DNA of 64,000 nt, from contig OZ024740.1 in assembly GCA_964016885.1 (NCBI GenBank), forward strand, positions 291,586,001 through 291,650,000. The letters run 5' to 3'. Made by a program: the position numbers and the translations under genes. Within the stretch, counting starts at the first letter, position 1; every line of letters begins with the position of its first letter. Shown here one piece after another: positions 1 to 11,879 of this stretch. The notes under the pieces were generated by a model. The model saw only the letters and a list, made by a program, of their open reading frames with translations, was not told where the DNA came from and did not search any database. This stretch comes from Eledone cirrhosa (lineage: Eukaryota).

Positions 1-192
1 CATGTCTTACTAATACAGAGCTGATTTTGGCTTGGTTTCACTGGCTGGATGCCCTTTCTAACACCAACCACATTTACAGTATGGACTGGGTGCTTTTTGT
101 TATGACACCTACAGGACCACTTTACAGTGTGGGCTGGGTGCTTTTTGTTATGACACCTACAGGACCACTTTGCAATGTGGGCTGGGTGCTTT
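1..192 (-). mobile_element. RTE/SINE 3' UTR fragment with about 3 copies of the ~48 bp internal unit
   Basis: Contains ggctggatgccct..taacaccaacc and repeated gggctgggtgctttttgttatgacacctaca..accacttt, the reverse complement of the tail at 37270-37548. Confidence 0.75.
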
Positions 193-559
193 TACATAAA
201 TAAGACCGTTATTGCTCTAACCCACTACTCACCATCAATAACGACCCTATACCTACATACACATACATTACATATCTATATTAGAACTAAGACATCCCCC
301 TTAATCCCTATCTCAGACACCATCCATATTTCCCAGCCCCTAACTCACTCTAAATAGGAGTATGGGGGAGACAGACTTTCTCAAGCTGCAGCTGTCAAAT
401 TATGCATTTTCTGTATAAGAATAGACATTAAACAATATCTATTATTGGCTGCAGCTACAACAACCCTAAAATAGATGTAAAAATACTACAACCCCAAAAT
501 AGATGTAAAAATGATGATGATGACACAGAATTTGTGTCTTTTTAGTATTTCTTGTTTGT

Positions 560-900
560 CATCTTCATTTCAACCACTTTCTTCAAATAGTTCTGCAACA
601 CTCAAGATGATTTCACAGCAGAGCTTGGAATCTGTTAATTGTTTCATTCAGATTTTTAGGTTGATATTTGTCTTCTCAATACTCTGAGATTGTCTTTCTA
701 ATGTCATAGAAGGCATCCATGTAGTTTTTTTACCAATATTGAGTTTGCTGTAAAGGATCTGGTAAGGAAGTTTCATTTTATTCATGTCCATCTGAGTCAA
801 TGGTTAATGATAGTGGCTTTAATGCTGTTGGCACTGTTGGCTTCAGCTTTTTCAAAAACTACAATGCTGGAGACATAATCTTCCCATTTAATATTCCTCA
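560..900 (-). pseudogene. Degenerate RTE (BovB-like) LINE ORF2 C-terminal remnant
   Basis: Minus-strand translation with stops/frameshifts: RNIKWEDYVSSIVVFEKAEANS..IKATIINH*LRW...KLPYQILYSKLNIGK, resembling the RTE I.W.D...VL..A...SI......LRW.GH..RM...RLPKQILY motif. Confidence 0.55.
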
Positions 901-1509
901 TTGATTGAAGTTTTGTTTAACAAGTTTTTTATGGTTAGATGCCCTTTCTATCACCAACCACTTCATAGAGTGTACTGGGTGTTTTATATCCCCAATACTA
1001 GAGAGGTTATCATGTCCTTGAGACAATGGAAGGCTCCTAACTTCCTTTTGTTTGGTATGTTTTCAATGACTAGTTGCCCTTCCTATCATCAACTAACTTA
1101 CAAGATATACTGGGTGCATTTTTCTTGGCAGTGGCACTAGAGAGGTTGTTATGTCAAGACTGAAGGGTCGTCTCAGCCCATTTTTGGTATGGTTTCTATG
1201 ACTGGAAGCCATTCCTAATACCATTTTACAAGGAAGTTGTTGTTCATTGACTCAACTAAAAAGCCCTCTCTATGCTAAGGGATGGGGTAAGTATGATGTC
1301 ATGGATATATGATAAGCGTGGTGGGCTTTCATAGAGTGATGAGTGGGACTTCCTTACTGTTTCCATCTATCAAAATCCAAGGCTATACATTAAGAGACAT
1401 TTGCTCAAGGAGCCTGTGAATCTAAACCTGAAACCACATAGTTTATTTATTTTACCTATTTATCTCCCCCTCCCCCTCCCCTTCCTCCTCCTCCTCCCTC
1501 CTCCTCCTT

Positions 1510-1672
1510 TGCCCACTTATTTCTGAGAGGGTCGTGGAAGCAGAGTACTCAAACATTCCTTCCAGTGGATCCTATCAGAAACAACTGTCTCCAATTGATC
1601 CAGCTGGATCCCCAAGCGAGACTAGCAGAGCTCATATCCTGGATCTCCTGCCGGTTGGTTTTGCAAAACCAA
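1510..1672 (-). mobile_element. LINE 3' end remnant (GAA-tailed family)
   Basis: Reverse complement matches 19330-19455 and the copy at 61455-61715 (ccacttatttctgagaggg...ggatccccaagc). Confidence 0.7.
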
Positions 1673-1791
1673 TTTATTTTCAATTTTTTATTTCATTTAG
1701 CTGTAAGAGGAAACTGAAAGGGCATCTGACCATAAAAGGAAACCACGAGGAATATGGCATCAGTCGCAGAGCCCGCAAAGTTATTCTTTGC

Positions 1792-1955
1792 TTAACCCTT
1801 TAGCTTTTAAACTGGCTACATCTGGCCAGAAACCTCTCACCTTTTTTCTGTTCAAACCAGCCATAACTGACCACTCATACTGATGTTAAGGTATTTTCTC
1901 AAAAGAAATAATATCAAAATCTGATAGATTCAATAATATGTGAGATATTATGTGA
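1792..1955. mobile_element. TTAA-flanked (piggyBac-like) MITE family 1, partial
   Basis: Starts ttaa-CCCTTTAGC; same body as the full copy at 47133-47351. Confidence 0.65.
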
Positions 1956-2317
1956 CAGTGAGAACTGGAAGTTTCAATGTCATACAGTAACCAACAGTTT
2001 TATAGTGAGGTGAGGATCTTCAGACTAATAAGCAGTGAAGGAATCCAGGACATTTTTAGGGTTTCAACAGAGAATGATGTGGGTATATTGGCTAGTTTAT
2101 TTCTAGCTAAATACTGGGACCTGATTGACCGCTTCCTTTTTCATACCGGTTCCTAGCAAGACCTTGGCTGTCCTCGGTGCTGGAAATGTCATTTTCCTCC
2201 ACAAAATTGGGAGGAGTGCATTCCACCCTAGGAAGGAGCCCAATAAATTAGAGAGGCTGATATATAGTGGATATTACTTTGCTTTGGGATGGCTTATTTA
2301 ACATGTAGGTATTATGT

Positions 2318-2651
2318 GAAGACACATGGTTTAGGGGTTAGAATGTCGAGCTTACAATCCTGAGGTTGTGAGTTCAATTCTTGAGCCGGGTTTTGAGTTG
2401 TGTTCTTGAGCAAGACACTTTATTTCACGTTTCTCCTGTTCACTCAGCTGTAGAAATGAGTTGTGGCATCACTGGTGCCAAGCTGTATCAGCCATTGCCT
2501 TTCCCTTGGACAACATTGGTGATGTGGAGAGGGGAGCCTGGGATGCATGAGCAACTGCTGGTCTTCCACAAACAACCTTGCCCAGACTTGTGCCTCAGAG
2601 GGGAACTTTCTAGGTAAAAATCCCATGGTCATTCATAACCGAAGGGGGTCT
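2318..2651 (+). mobile_element. tRNA-derived SINE (family 1 head and central domain, alternative tail)
   Basis: Degenerate A box TGGTTTAGGGG, B box GAGTTCAATTC, central cttgagcaagacactttatttcac domain shared with family 1, followed by a different 3' part. Confidence 0.75.
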
Positions 2652-2748
2652 TAAGGTATTATGTAATGGAGTTACCTAAGAAGTGTGTGTTCGTGAAATA
2701 TATACATATATACCACGTCCGAACAAAAAGAGAACCAAACTCCCACTG

Positions 2749-3068
2749 TCACTGCCTATTTCTCTCCTGCTGTCCCCATGTTTCACTATTGTGAGCAAAT
2801 GGGGGCCCATGTGCTGGCTGTCCCGCAGCCCTGACGGACAGAATAGAGAAGGCGTTTCCCCAGAGGATGGTGAAGGAAACGCTCTGAAAGAGCCTTTCCA
2901 GCTCGCAAAGCTCACACCTGCGGGTAGCCAACTCTGTGCCGATGGTGGTGAAAAGGGAGGTGGCCCTAGGGCCAAAGACACCAGAAGTATCCACTGCCAT
3001 GGGCTCAACCGCAAACCTGTCAGAGAGCGACCAATGTGTTCTCCTAGCAACACCTTCATCATTGTGTT
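2749..3068 (-). pseudogene. 3' end of a CRE-like non-LTR retrotransposon (region C-terminal to the restriction-like endonuclease core)
   Basis: Translation HWSLSDRFAVEPMAVDTSGVFGPRATSLFTTIGTELATRRCELCELERLFQSVSFTILWGNAFSIL resembles the CRE-clade C-terminal pattern KY..L...F.P.AVET.G.FGP.A..F...IG.....E..E...L.QR.S.AI.RGNA.SIL. Confidence 0.65.
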
Positions 3069-6000
3069 TGCAGGGGGGGAGCTGAGATATACCACCTAGA
3101 CTGCGGTGTAGGGTTCTGCAGGGGGGAGCTGAGATATACCACCTAGATTGGAGTGTAGGGTTCTGCAGGGGGGAGCTGAGATATACCACCTAGACTGGAG
3201 TGTAGGGTTCTGCAGGGGGGAGCTGAGATATACCACCTAGACTGGGGTGTAGGGTTCTGCAGGGGGGAGCTGAGACATACCACCTAGATTGGAGTGTAGG
3301 GTTCTGCAGGGGGGAGCTGAGACATACCACCTAGACTGGAGTGTAGGGTTCTGCAGGGGGGAGCTGAGATATACCACCTAGATTGGAGTGTAGGGTTCTG
3401 CAGGGGGGAGCTGAGATATACCACCTAGACTGGAGTGTAGGGTTCTGCAGGGGGGAGCTGAGATATACCACCTAGACTGGGGTGTAGGGTTCTGCAGGGG
3501 GGAGCTGAGATATACCACCTAGACTGGGGTGTAGGGTTCTGCAGGGGGGAGCTGAGACATACCACCTAGACTGGAGTGTAGGGTTCTGCAGGGGGGAGCT
3601 GAGACATACCACCTAGACTGGAGTGTAGGGTTCTGCAGGGGGGGGGGGGCTGAGAGACCACCTAGATTGGGGTGTAGGGTTCTGCAGGGGGGAGCTGAGA
3701 TATACCACCTAGATTGGGGTGTAGGGTTCTGCAGGGGAGAGCTGAGATATACCACCTAGATTGGGGTGTAGGGTTCTGCAGGGGGGAGCTGAGATATACC
3801 ACCTAGACTGGGGTGTAGGGTTCTGCAGGGGGGAGCTGAGATATACCACCTAGATTGGAGTGTAGGGTTCTGCAGGGGGAAAGGGGGGCTAAGAGACCAC
3901 CTAGACTGGGGTGTAGGGTTCTGCAGGGGGGAGCTGAGATATACTACCTAGACTGGGGTGTAGGGTTCTGCAGAGGGGAGCTGAGATATACCACCTAGAT
4001 TGGGGTGTAGGGTTCTGCAGGGGGGAGCTGAGATATACCACCTAGATTGGGGTGTAGGGTTCTGCAGGGGGGAGCTGAGATATACCACCTAGACTGGGGT
4101 GTAGGGTTCTGCAGGGGGGAGCTGAGATATACCACCTAGATTGGAGTGCAGGGTTCTGCAGGGGGGAGCTGAGAGACCACCTAGATTGGAGTGTAGGGTT
4201 CTGCAGGGGGGAGCTGAGATATACCACCTAGATTGGAGTGTAGGGTTCTGCAGGGGGGAGCTGAGATATACCACCTAGACTGGGGTGTAGGGTTCTGCAG
4301 GGGGGAGCTGAGATATACCACCTAGACTGGGGTGTAGGGTTCTGCAGGGGGGAGCTGAGAGACCACCTAGACTGGGGTGTAGGGTTCTGCAGGGGGAGCT
4401 GAGATATACCACCTAGACTGGGGTGTAGGGTTCTGCAGGGGGAGCTGAGATATACCACCTTAACTGGGGTGTAGGGTTCTGCAGGGGGGAGCTGAGATAT
4501 ACCACCTAGACTGGGGTGTAGGGTTCTGCAGGGGGGAGCTGAGAGACCACCTAGACTGGGGTGTAGGGTTCTGCAGGGGGGAGCTGAGATATACCACCTA
4601 GACTGGGGTGTAGGGTTCTGCAGGGGGGAGCTGAGATATACCACCTAGACTGGGGTGTAGGGTTCTGCAGAGGGGAGCTGAGACATACCACCTAGACAGG
4701 GGTGTTGGCGTCTGCAGGGGGGGAGCTGAGATATACCACCTAGACTGGGGTGTTGGGTTCTGCAGAGGGGAGCTGAGACATACCACCTAGACTGGGGTGT
4801 AGGGTTCTGCAGGGGGAGCTGAGACATACCACCTAGACTGGAGTGTAGGGTTCTGCAGGGGGGAGCTGAGATATACCACCTAGACTGGGGTGTAGGGTTC
4901 TGCAGGGGGGAGCTGAGACATACCACCTAGATTGGAGTGTAGGGTTCTGCAGGGGGGAGCTGAGACATACCACCTAGACTGGAGTGTAGGGTTCTGCAGG
5001 GGGGAGCTGAGATATACCACCTAGATTGGAGTGTAGGGTTCTGCAGGGGGGAGCTGAGATATACCACCTAGACTGGAGTGTAGGGTTCTGCAGGGGGGAG
5101 CTGAGATATACCACCTAGACTGGGGTGTAGGGTTATGCAGGGGGGAGCTGAGATATACCACCTAGACTGGGGTGTAGGGTTCTGCAGGGGGGAGCTGAGA
5201 CATACCACCTAGACTGGAGTGTAGGGTTCTGCAGGGGGGGGGGCTGAGAGACCACCTAGATTGGGGTGTAGGGTTCTGCAGGGGGGAGCTGAGATATACC
5301 ACCTAGATTGGGGTGTAGGGTTCTGCAGGGGGGAGCTGAGATATACCACCTAGATTGGGGTGTAGGGTTCTGCAGGGGGGAGCTGAGATATACCACCTAG
5401 ACTGGGGTGTAGGGTTCTGCAGGGGGGAGCTGAGATATACCACCTAGATTGGAGTGTAGGGTTCTGCAGGGGGAAGGGGGGGCTGAGAGACCACCTAGAC
5501 TGGGGTGTAGGGTTCTGCAGGGGGGAGCTGAGATATACTACCTAGACTGGGGTGTAGGGTTCTGCAGGGGGGAGCTGAGATATACCACCTAGACTGGGGT
5601 GTAGGGTTCTGCAGGGGGGAGCTGAGATATACCACCTAGACTGGGGTGTAGGGTTCTGCAGGGGGGAGCTGAGATATACCACCTAGATTGGAGTGCAGGG
5701 TTCTGCAGGGGGGAGCTGAGAGACCACCTAGATTGGAGTGTAGGGTTCTGCAGGGGGGAGCTGAGATATACCACCTAGATTGGAGTGTAGGGTTCTGCAG
5801 GGGGGAGCTGAGATATACCACCTAGACTGGGGTGTAGGGTTCTGCAGGGGGGAGCTGAGATATACCACCTAGACTGGGGTGTAGGGTTCTGCAGGGGGGA
5901 GCTGAGAGACCACCTAGACTGGGGTGTAGGGTTCTGCAGGGGGGAGCTGAGATATACCACCTAGATTGGGGTGTAGGGTTCTGCAGGGGGGAGCTGAGAT

Positions 6001-9000
6001 ATACCACCTAGACTGGGGTGTAGGGTTCTGCAGGGGGGAGCTGAGATATACCACCTAGATTGGAGTGCGGGGTTCTGCAGGGGGGAGCTGAGATATACCA
6101 CCTAGATTGGGGTGTAGGGTTCTGCAGGGGGGAGCTGAGATATACCACCTAGACTGGGGTGTAGGGTTCTGCAGGGGGGAGCTGAGATATACCACCTAGA
6201 TTGGAGTGCAGGGTTCTGCAGGGGGGAGCTGAGAGACCACCTAGATTGGAGTGTAGGGTTCTGCAGGGGGGAGCTGAGATATACCACCTAGACTGGGGTG
6301 TAGGGTTCTGCAGGGGGGAGCTGAGATATACCACCTAGACTGGGGTGTAGGGTTCTGCAGGGGGGAGCTGAGATATACCACCTAGATTGGAGTGCAGGGT
6401 TCTGCAGGGGGGAGCTGAGATATACCACCTAGATTGGAGTGTAGGGTTCTGCAGGGGGGAGCTGAGATATACCACCTAGACTGGGGTGTAGGGTTCTGCA
6501 GGGGGGAGCTGAGATATACCACCTAGACTGGGGTGTAGGGTTCTGCAGGGGGAGCTGAGATATACCACCTAGACTGGGGTGTAGGGTTCTGCAGGGGGAG
6601 CTGAGATATACCACCTAGACTGGGGTGTAGGGTTCTGCAGGGGGGAGCTGAGATATACCACCTAGACTGGGGTGTAGGGTTCTTCAGGGGGGAGCTGAGA
6701 TATACCACCTAGACTGGGGTGTAGGGTTCTGCAGGGGGGAGCTGAGAGACCACCTAGACTGGGGTGTAGGGTTCTGCAGGGGGGAGCTGAGATATACCAC
6801 CTAGACTGGGGTGTAGGGTTCTGCAGGGGGGAGCTGAGATATACCACCTAGACTGGGGTGTAGGGGTCTGCAGGGGGGAGCTGCGATATACCACCTAGAC
6901 TGGGGTGTAGGGTTCTGCAGAGGGGAGCTGAGACATACCACCTAGACAGGGGTGTTGGGGTCTGCAGGGGGGAGCTGAGATATACCACCTAGACTGGGGT
7001 GTAGGGGTCTGCAGGGGGGAGCTGAGATATACCACCTAGACTGGGGTGTAGGGTTCTGCAGAGGGGAGCTGAGACATACCACCTAGACTGGGGTGTAGGG
7101 TTCTGCAGGGGGAGCTGAGACATACCACCTAGACTGGGGTGTAGGGTTCTGTAGGGGGGAGCTGAGACATACCACCTAGACTGGGGTGTAGGGTTCTGTA
7201 GGGGGAGCTGAGATATACCACCTAGATTGGGGTGTAGGGTTCTGCAGAGGGGAGCTGAGACATACCACCTAGACTGGGGTGTAGGGTTCTGCAGAGGGGA
7301 GCTGAGACATACCACCTAGACTGGGGTGTAGGGGTCTGCAGGGGGGACCTGAGATATACCACCTAGACTGGGGTGTAGGGTTCTGCAGAGGGGAGCTGAG
7401 ACATACCACCTAGATTGGAGTGTAGGGTTCTGCAGGGGGGAGCTGAGACATACCACCTAGACTGGGGTGTAGGGTTCTGCAGGGGGGAGCTGAGAGACCA
7501 CCTAGACTGGGGTGTAGGGTTCTGCAGGGGGGAGCTGAGATATACCACCTAGACTGGGGTGTAGGGTTCTGCAGAGGGGAGCTGAGACATACCACCTAGA
7601 CTGGGGTGTAGGGGTCTGCAGGGGGGAGCTGAGATATACCACCTAGACTGGGGTGTAGGGTTCTGCAGAGGGGAGCTGAGACATACCACCTAGATTGGGG
7701 TGTAGGGGTCTGCAGGGGGGAGCTGAGATATACCACCTAGACTGGGGTGTAGGGTTCTGCAAGGGGGAGCTGAGACATACCACCTAGACTGGGGTGTAGG
7801 GTTCTGCAGGGGGGAGCTGAGAGACCACCTAGACTGGGGTGTAGGGTTCTGCAGGGGGGAGCTGAGACATACCACCTAGATTGGAGTGTAGGGTTCTGCA
7901 AGGGGGAGCTGAGACATACCACCTAGACTGGGGTGTAGGGTTCTGCAGGGGGGAGCTGAGAGACCACCTAGACTGGGGTGTAGGGTTCTGCAGGGGGGAG
8001 CTGAGATATACCACCTAGACTGGGGTGTAGGGTTCTGCAGGGGGGAGCTGAGATATACCACCTAGACTGGGGTGTAGGGTTCTGCAGGGGGGAGCTGAGA
8101 CATACCACCTAGACTGGGGTGTAGGGTTCTGCAGGGGGGAGCTGAGAGACCACCTAGACTGGGGTGTAGGGTTCTGCAGGGGGGAGCTGAGATATACCAC
8201 CTAGACTGGTGTGTAGGGTTCTGCAGGGGGGAGCTGAGAGACCACCTAGACTAGGGTGTAGGGTTCTGCAGGGGGGAGCTGAGAGACCACCTAGACTGGG
8301 GTGTAGGGTTCTGCAGGGGGAGCTGAGAGACCACCTAGACTGCTGTGTAGGGTTCTGCAGGGGGGAGCTGAGACATACCACCTAGATTGGGGTGTAGGGT
8401 TCTGCAGGGGGGAGCTGAGATATACCACCTAGACTGGGGTGTAGGGTTCTGCAGGGGGGAGCTGAGAGACCACCTAGACTGCTGTGTAGGGTTCTGCAGG
8501 GGGGAGCTGAGATATACCACCTAGACTGGGGTGTAGGGTTCTGCAGGGGGGAGCTGAGATATACCACCTAGACTGGGGTGTAGGGTTCTGCAGGGGGGAG
8601 CTGAGAGACCACCTAGACTGGGGTGTAGGGTTCTGCAGGGGGGAGCTGAGAGACCACCTAGACTGGAGTGTAGGGTTCTGCAGGGGGGAGCTGAGATATA
8701 CCACCTAGATTGGAGTGTAGGGTTCTGCAGAGGGGAGCTGAGACATACCACCTAGACTGGGGTGTAGGGTTCTGCAGGGGGGAGCTGAGATATACCACCT
8801 AGATTGGAGTGTAGGGTTCTGCAGGGGGGAGCTGAGATATACCACCTAGATTGGAGTGTAGGGTTCTGCAGAGGGGAGCTGAGACATACCACCTAGACTG
8901 GGGTGTAGGGTTCTGCAGGGGGGAGCTGAGATATACCACCTAGATTGGAGTGTAGGGTTCTGCAGGGGGGAGCTGAGAGACCACCTAGACTGGGGTGTAG

Positions 9001-9188
9001 GGTTCTGCAGGGGGGAGCTGAGATATACCACCTAGATTGGAGTGTAGGGTTCTGCAGAGGGGAGCTGAGACATACCACCTAGACTGGGGTGTAGGGTTCT
9101 GCCGGGGGGAGCTGAGATATACCACCTAGACTGGGGTGTAGGTTTCTGCAGGGGGAGCTGAGATATACCACCTAGACTGGAGTGTAGG
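3068..9188 (+). repeat. 47-bp G-rich satellite, about 130 copies
   Basis: Unit ctagactggggtgtagggttctgcaggggggagctgagatataccac, with 45-bp gagagaccac variants, repeated head to tail; explains all ORFs at 3519-9220. Confidence 0.98.
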
Positions 9189-9843
9189 ATCTGATGCTTA
9201 CTCCCTGCTTTCCCTTTCATTATATTTTTTTCTTTTTATTGTTTCATTTTATGTATTTTTCATTTCCATGAAAAGGTTTTACATGGAGCTCCATAATTTA
9301 TTGTTTATTTTTTCATTTATAGATATTGTTTATTGTGTGTGGGTTTGTCTGATGAGCGGGAAAGAAGGATGGTGATTAAGTCTGGTATACATATATATGT
9401 GTGTTGTCTATGTGTTGGTTTGGCTGTGTGTTACTGTATCTATGTGTTGATATAGCTTTATGTGTGTGTGTGTATGTATGTGTGTATTTGTATAGCTGAT
9501 AATGGATGTGCGTGTATCTATGTGTTGGTATAGCTGTGTGTGTGTCTATGTGTTGGTATATCTGTGTGTGTGTCTATGTGCTGATGTATCTGTGTGTGTG
9601 TCCATGTGTTGGTATATCTGTGTGTGTGTGTCTATGTGTTGGTATAGCTGTGTGTCTGTGTGGAATGTGAGTTGGCTGGTAAGTGTGACCAATGAAACAA
9701 TAGAAGAAAGAAAAGTAAAAGTCAAAACAAAACATGTTTGACCAACCATTTAGTAAGAACATAAAATCCAATGTGGCAAATTATTTAAATACAATACACA
9801 CACACACGCACACACACATATATATGTATATATATATTTATAT

Positions 9844-10192
9844 ATCATCATCATCATCATCATCATCATTTCATTTTACGACCGCTTTTTCCCGGCTTGC
9901 AAGGGTGAGATGGGAACTGATTCTGGCTTGATTTCTACAGCTGGATGCCCTTCCTAACACCAACCTCATTTACAGTGAGTGCTGGGTGCTTTTTTGCCGT
10001 GGCACCTCCACGACCACTTTGCAGTGGAATGATATGGACCCCAGTCCCTATCATCTCATTTCTACAGCTGAGTAAACTGGAGCAATGTGAAATAAAGTGT
10101 CTTGCTTAAGGAAACAACACATCACCCGGTCTGAGAATTGAACTCACAACCTTTCGATTGCAAGGCCAATGCTCTAACCACTAAGCCATGTG
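9844..10192 (-). mobile_element. tRNA-derived SINE family 1, short tail, (GAT)n end
   Basis: Reverse complement of 12838-13160; A box TGGCTTAGTGG and B box GAGTTCAATTC on the minus strand. Confidence 0.9.
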
Positions 10193-10261
10193 GTTATATA
10201 TATATATATAGTGAAAGAGTGAAGAATAACATGGTCGGCTGTACAAAAATGGTTTTATTTA

Positions 10262-10376
10262 CAGTATTAACAATTGTTTCATTGATCAGTTGAGTCTAAA
10301 GGCTGCTAATCACTCGAAGTTGCATCACTCGACCTTAAATACAGTGTGTGTCTCTGATCAAATCATCGGAATACTG
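10262..10376 (-). ncRNA. Type I hammerhead ribozyme motif with long stem-II insert
   Basis: Minus strand: CAGUAUU-CCGAUGA-U-UUGAUCAG-(about 65 nt)-CUGAUCAA-U-GAAAC-AAUU-GUU-AAUACUG; 7-bp stem I, 8-bp stem II, palindromic ACAAUUGU stem III. Confidence 0.7.
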
Positions 10377-11080
10377 GAGGGTGTAACACATTGCATTGGT
10401 ATTTATAGATACATCGGAGAATCAAAACAATAACATCAATAATAAAAGATAATAATAAAGAAGTTAGAATGAAAATGATAAAGATGTAAAAAATAAGTAC
10501 AGAATATGATTGTTGATAATAGTGGTGGTAGTGGTGGTAATTGAAGTTATAGTGGTGAGTAAGTGGATGTATAAAATAGTGATGACGGTAAAGATAACAA
10601 TAACATGAAAAGAAATACTGAATATATGATATGTAGTATAAATGCAAGAGGTATAATCAAATCTCAGAGGATTTAAAAAAAAAAAAAAAATTAAAATAAA
10701 AAAATAGATAAAAAATAATAAATAAAAAATAAGTGAGAGAGGAAGAGATAAGGGACAGGAGACAGAGATTGAGGATAAGGATTCAAGGATGAGACATAAG
10801 GGGTAGGGCTAAGGATGGGAAAGGAGTAGATAGATAGAGAATAAAAAGTGAAAGGGGCAGTGATGATATATGGGTGGTTAATGTCTGGCAGACTGATTGT
10901 TTTATCTTAATAGAGGTGATGCTATTAGGTTATAGAGAGAGTGAAAGAAAGGTTAGGAGATTTATGATGTTGATTTAATGACCAGTTGGTCAGTTGACAG
11001 CTAATAACAGTGGAGTGGTGTGGAGTTAGTACATTAAAACCCAGATGGTTTTGCTTGAATTCTGAGATTGGTGGATCGAA

Positions 11081-11320
11081 TCATGCCAGTTTGAAGTTAG
11101 AGAACTTGGTAGCTGCTTTGAGCCTACAGAAAATTGATCGTTCTATTTTGTTGTTAAGCAGCATTTTATCATACTTTAAAATATGGAGTAGTTCCATATT
11201 GCAAAGTCCGCAGTGGGACATTCCATTATTGTAGGCCCTTGCACTTGATAATTTCAACCAGCCAATCCCATACTCCTGGTTGGTGTCCTTAAGCTGCCAG
11301 ATTTTATTGGCCAGCGTTAT
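11081..11320 (-). pseudogene. PLE GIY-YIG endonuclease C-terminal fragment (79 aa, open to stop)
   Basis: ITLANKIWQLKDTNQEYGIGWLKLSSARAYNNGMSHCGLCNMELLHILKYDKMLLNNKIERSIFCRLKAATKFSNFKLA*; T.L...IW.LK...W......Y......C.LC..E...I.....LLN...E....CR pattern. Absent from the ORF track because it has no start codon. Confidence 0.75.
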
Positions 11321-11375
11321 TGATATATATATATATCCACATACACATATCTATATATATGGCATATATATGTAT

Positions 11376-11815
11376 GAAAGTGCATGACTTAGTGGTTAGA
11401 GCATTAGGCTTGCAATGGAAAGGTTGTGAGTTCAATTCTCGGACCGGGTGGTGTGTTGTTTCCTTGAGCAAGACACTTTATTTCACATTGCACCAGTTTA
11501 CTCAGCTGTAGAAATGAAATGATAGGACTGGGGTCCATATCATTCCACTGCAAAGTGGTCGTGGAGGTGCCACGGTAAAAAAGCACCCAGCCCACACTGC
11601 AAAGTGGACGTGGAGGCGCCATGGAAAAAAAGCACCCAGCACTCACTGTAAATGAGGTTGGTGTTAGGAAGAGCATCCAGCTGTAGAAATCAAGCCAGAA
11701 TCAGTTCCTGTATGGGCAAGACAAGGTCAGCCGACAGGACACTTCCCACAACAGGACTACCCGTCTAACCCATGCTAGTGTGGAAGAACGGATGTAAAAC
11801 GGTGATGATGATGAT
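11376..11815 (+). mobile_element. tRNA-derived SINE family 1, long RTE-derived tail
   Basis: A/B boxes, central domain, 3' part nearly identical to the RTE 3' UTR at 37270-37548, (GAT)n tail. Confidence 0.9.
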
Positions 11816-11879
11816 ATGGGTGTTATATATATACACTGTCCATATTTTTCCCCAAGCTTCCTCCCCCTCCCTAATCCCA

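Larger units (their letters stand above)
10212..11320 (-). mobile_element. 5'-truncated Penelope-like element (Naiad-like endonuclease C-terminus, pyrimidine-rich 3' UTR, hammerhead motif)
   Basis: Open frame at 11081-11320, HHR motif at 10262-10376, AATAAA just downstream, both ends in (TA)n. Confidence 0.7.

Noticed and set aside
3068-9188. CRISPR array or repetitive protein gene
   Set aside because: Units are contiguous with no unique spacers or cas genes; the 47-bp period breaks frames.
9340-9370. CTGATGA..GAAA hammerhead-like word
   Set aside because: No stem I, II or III can be formed.
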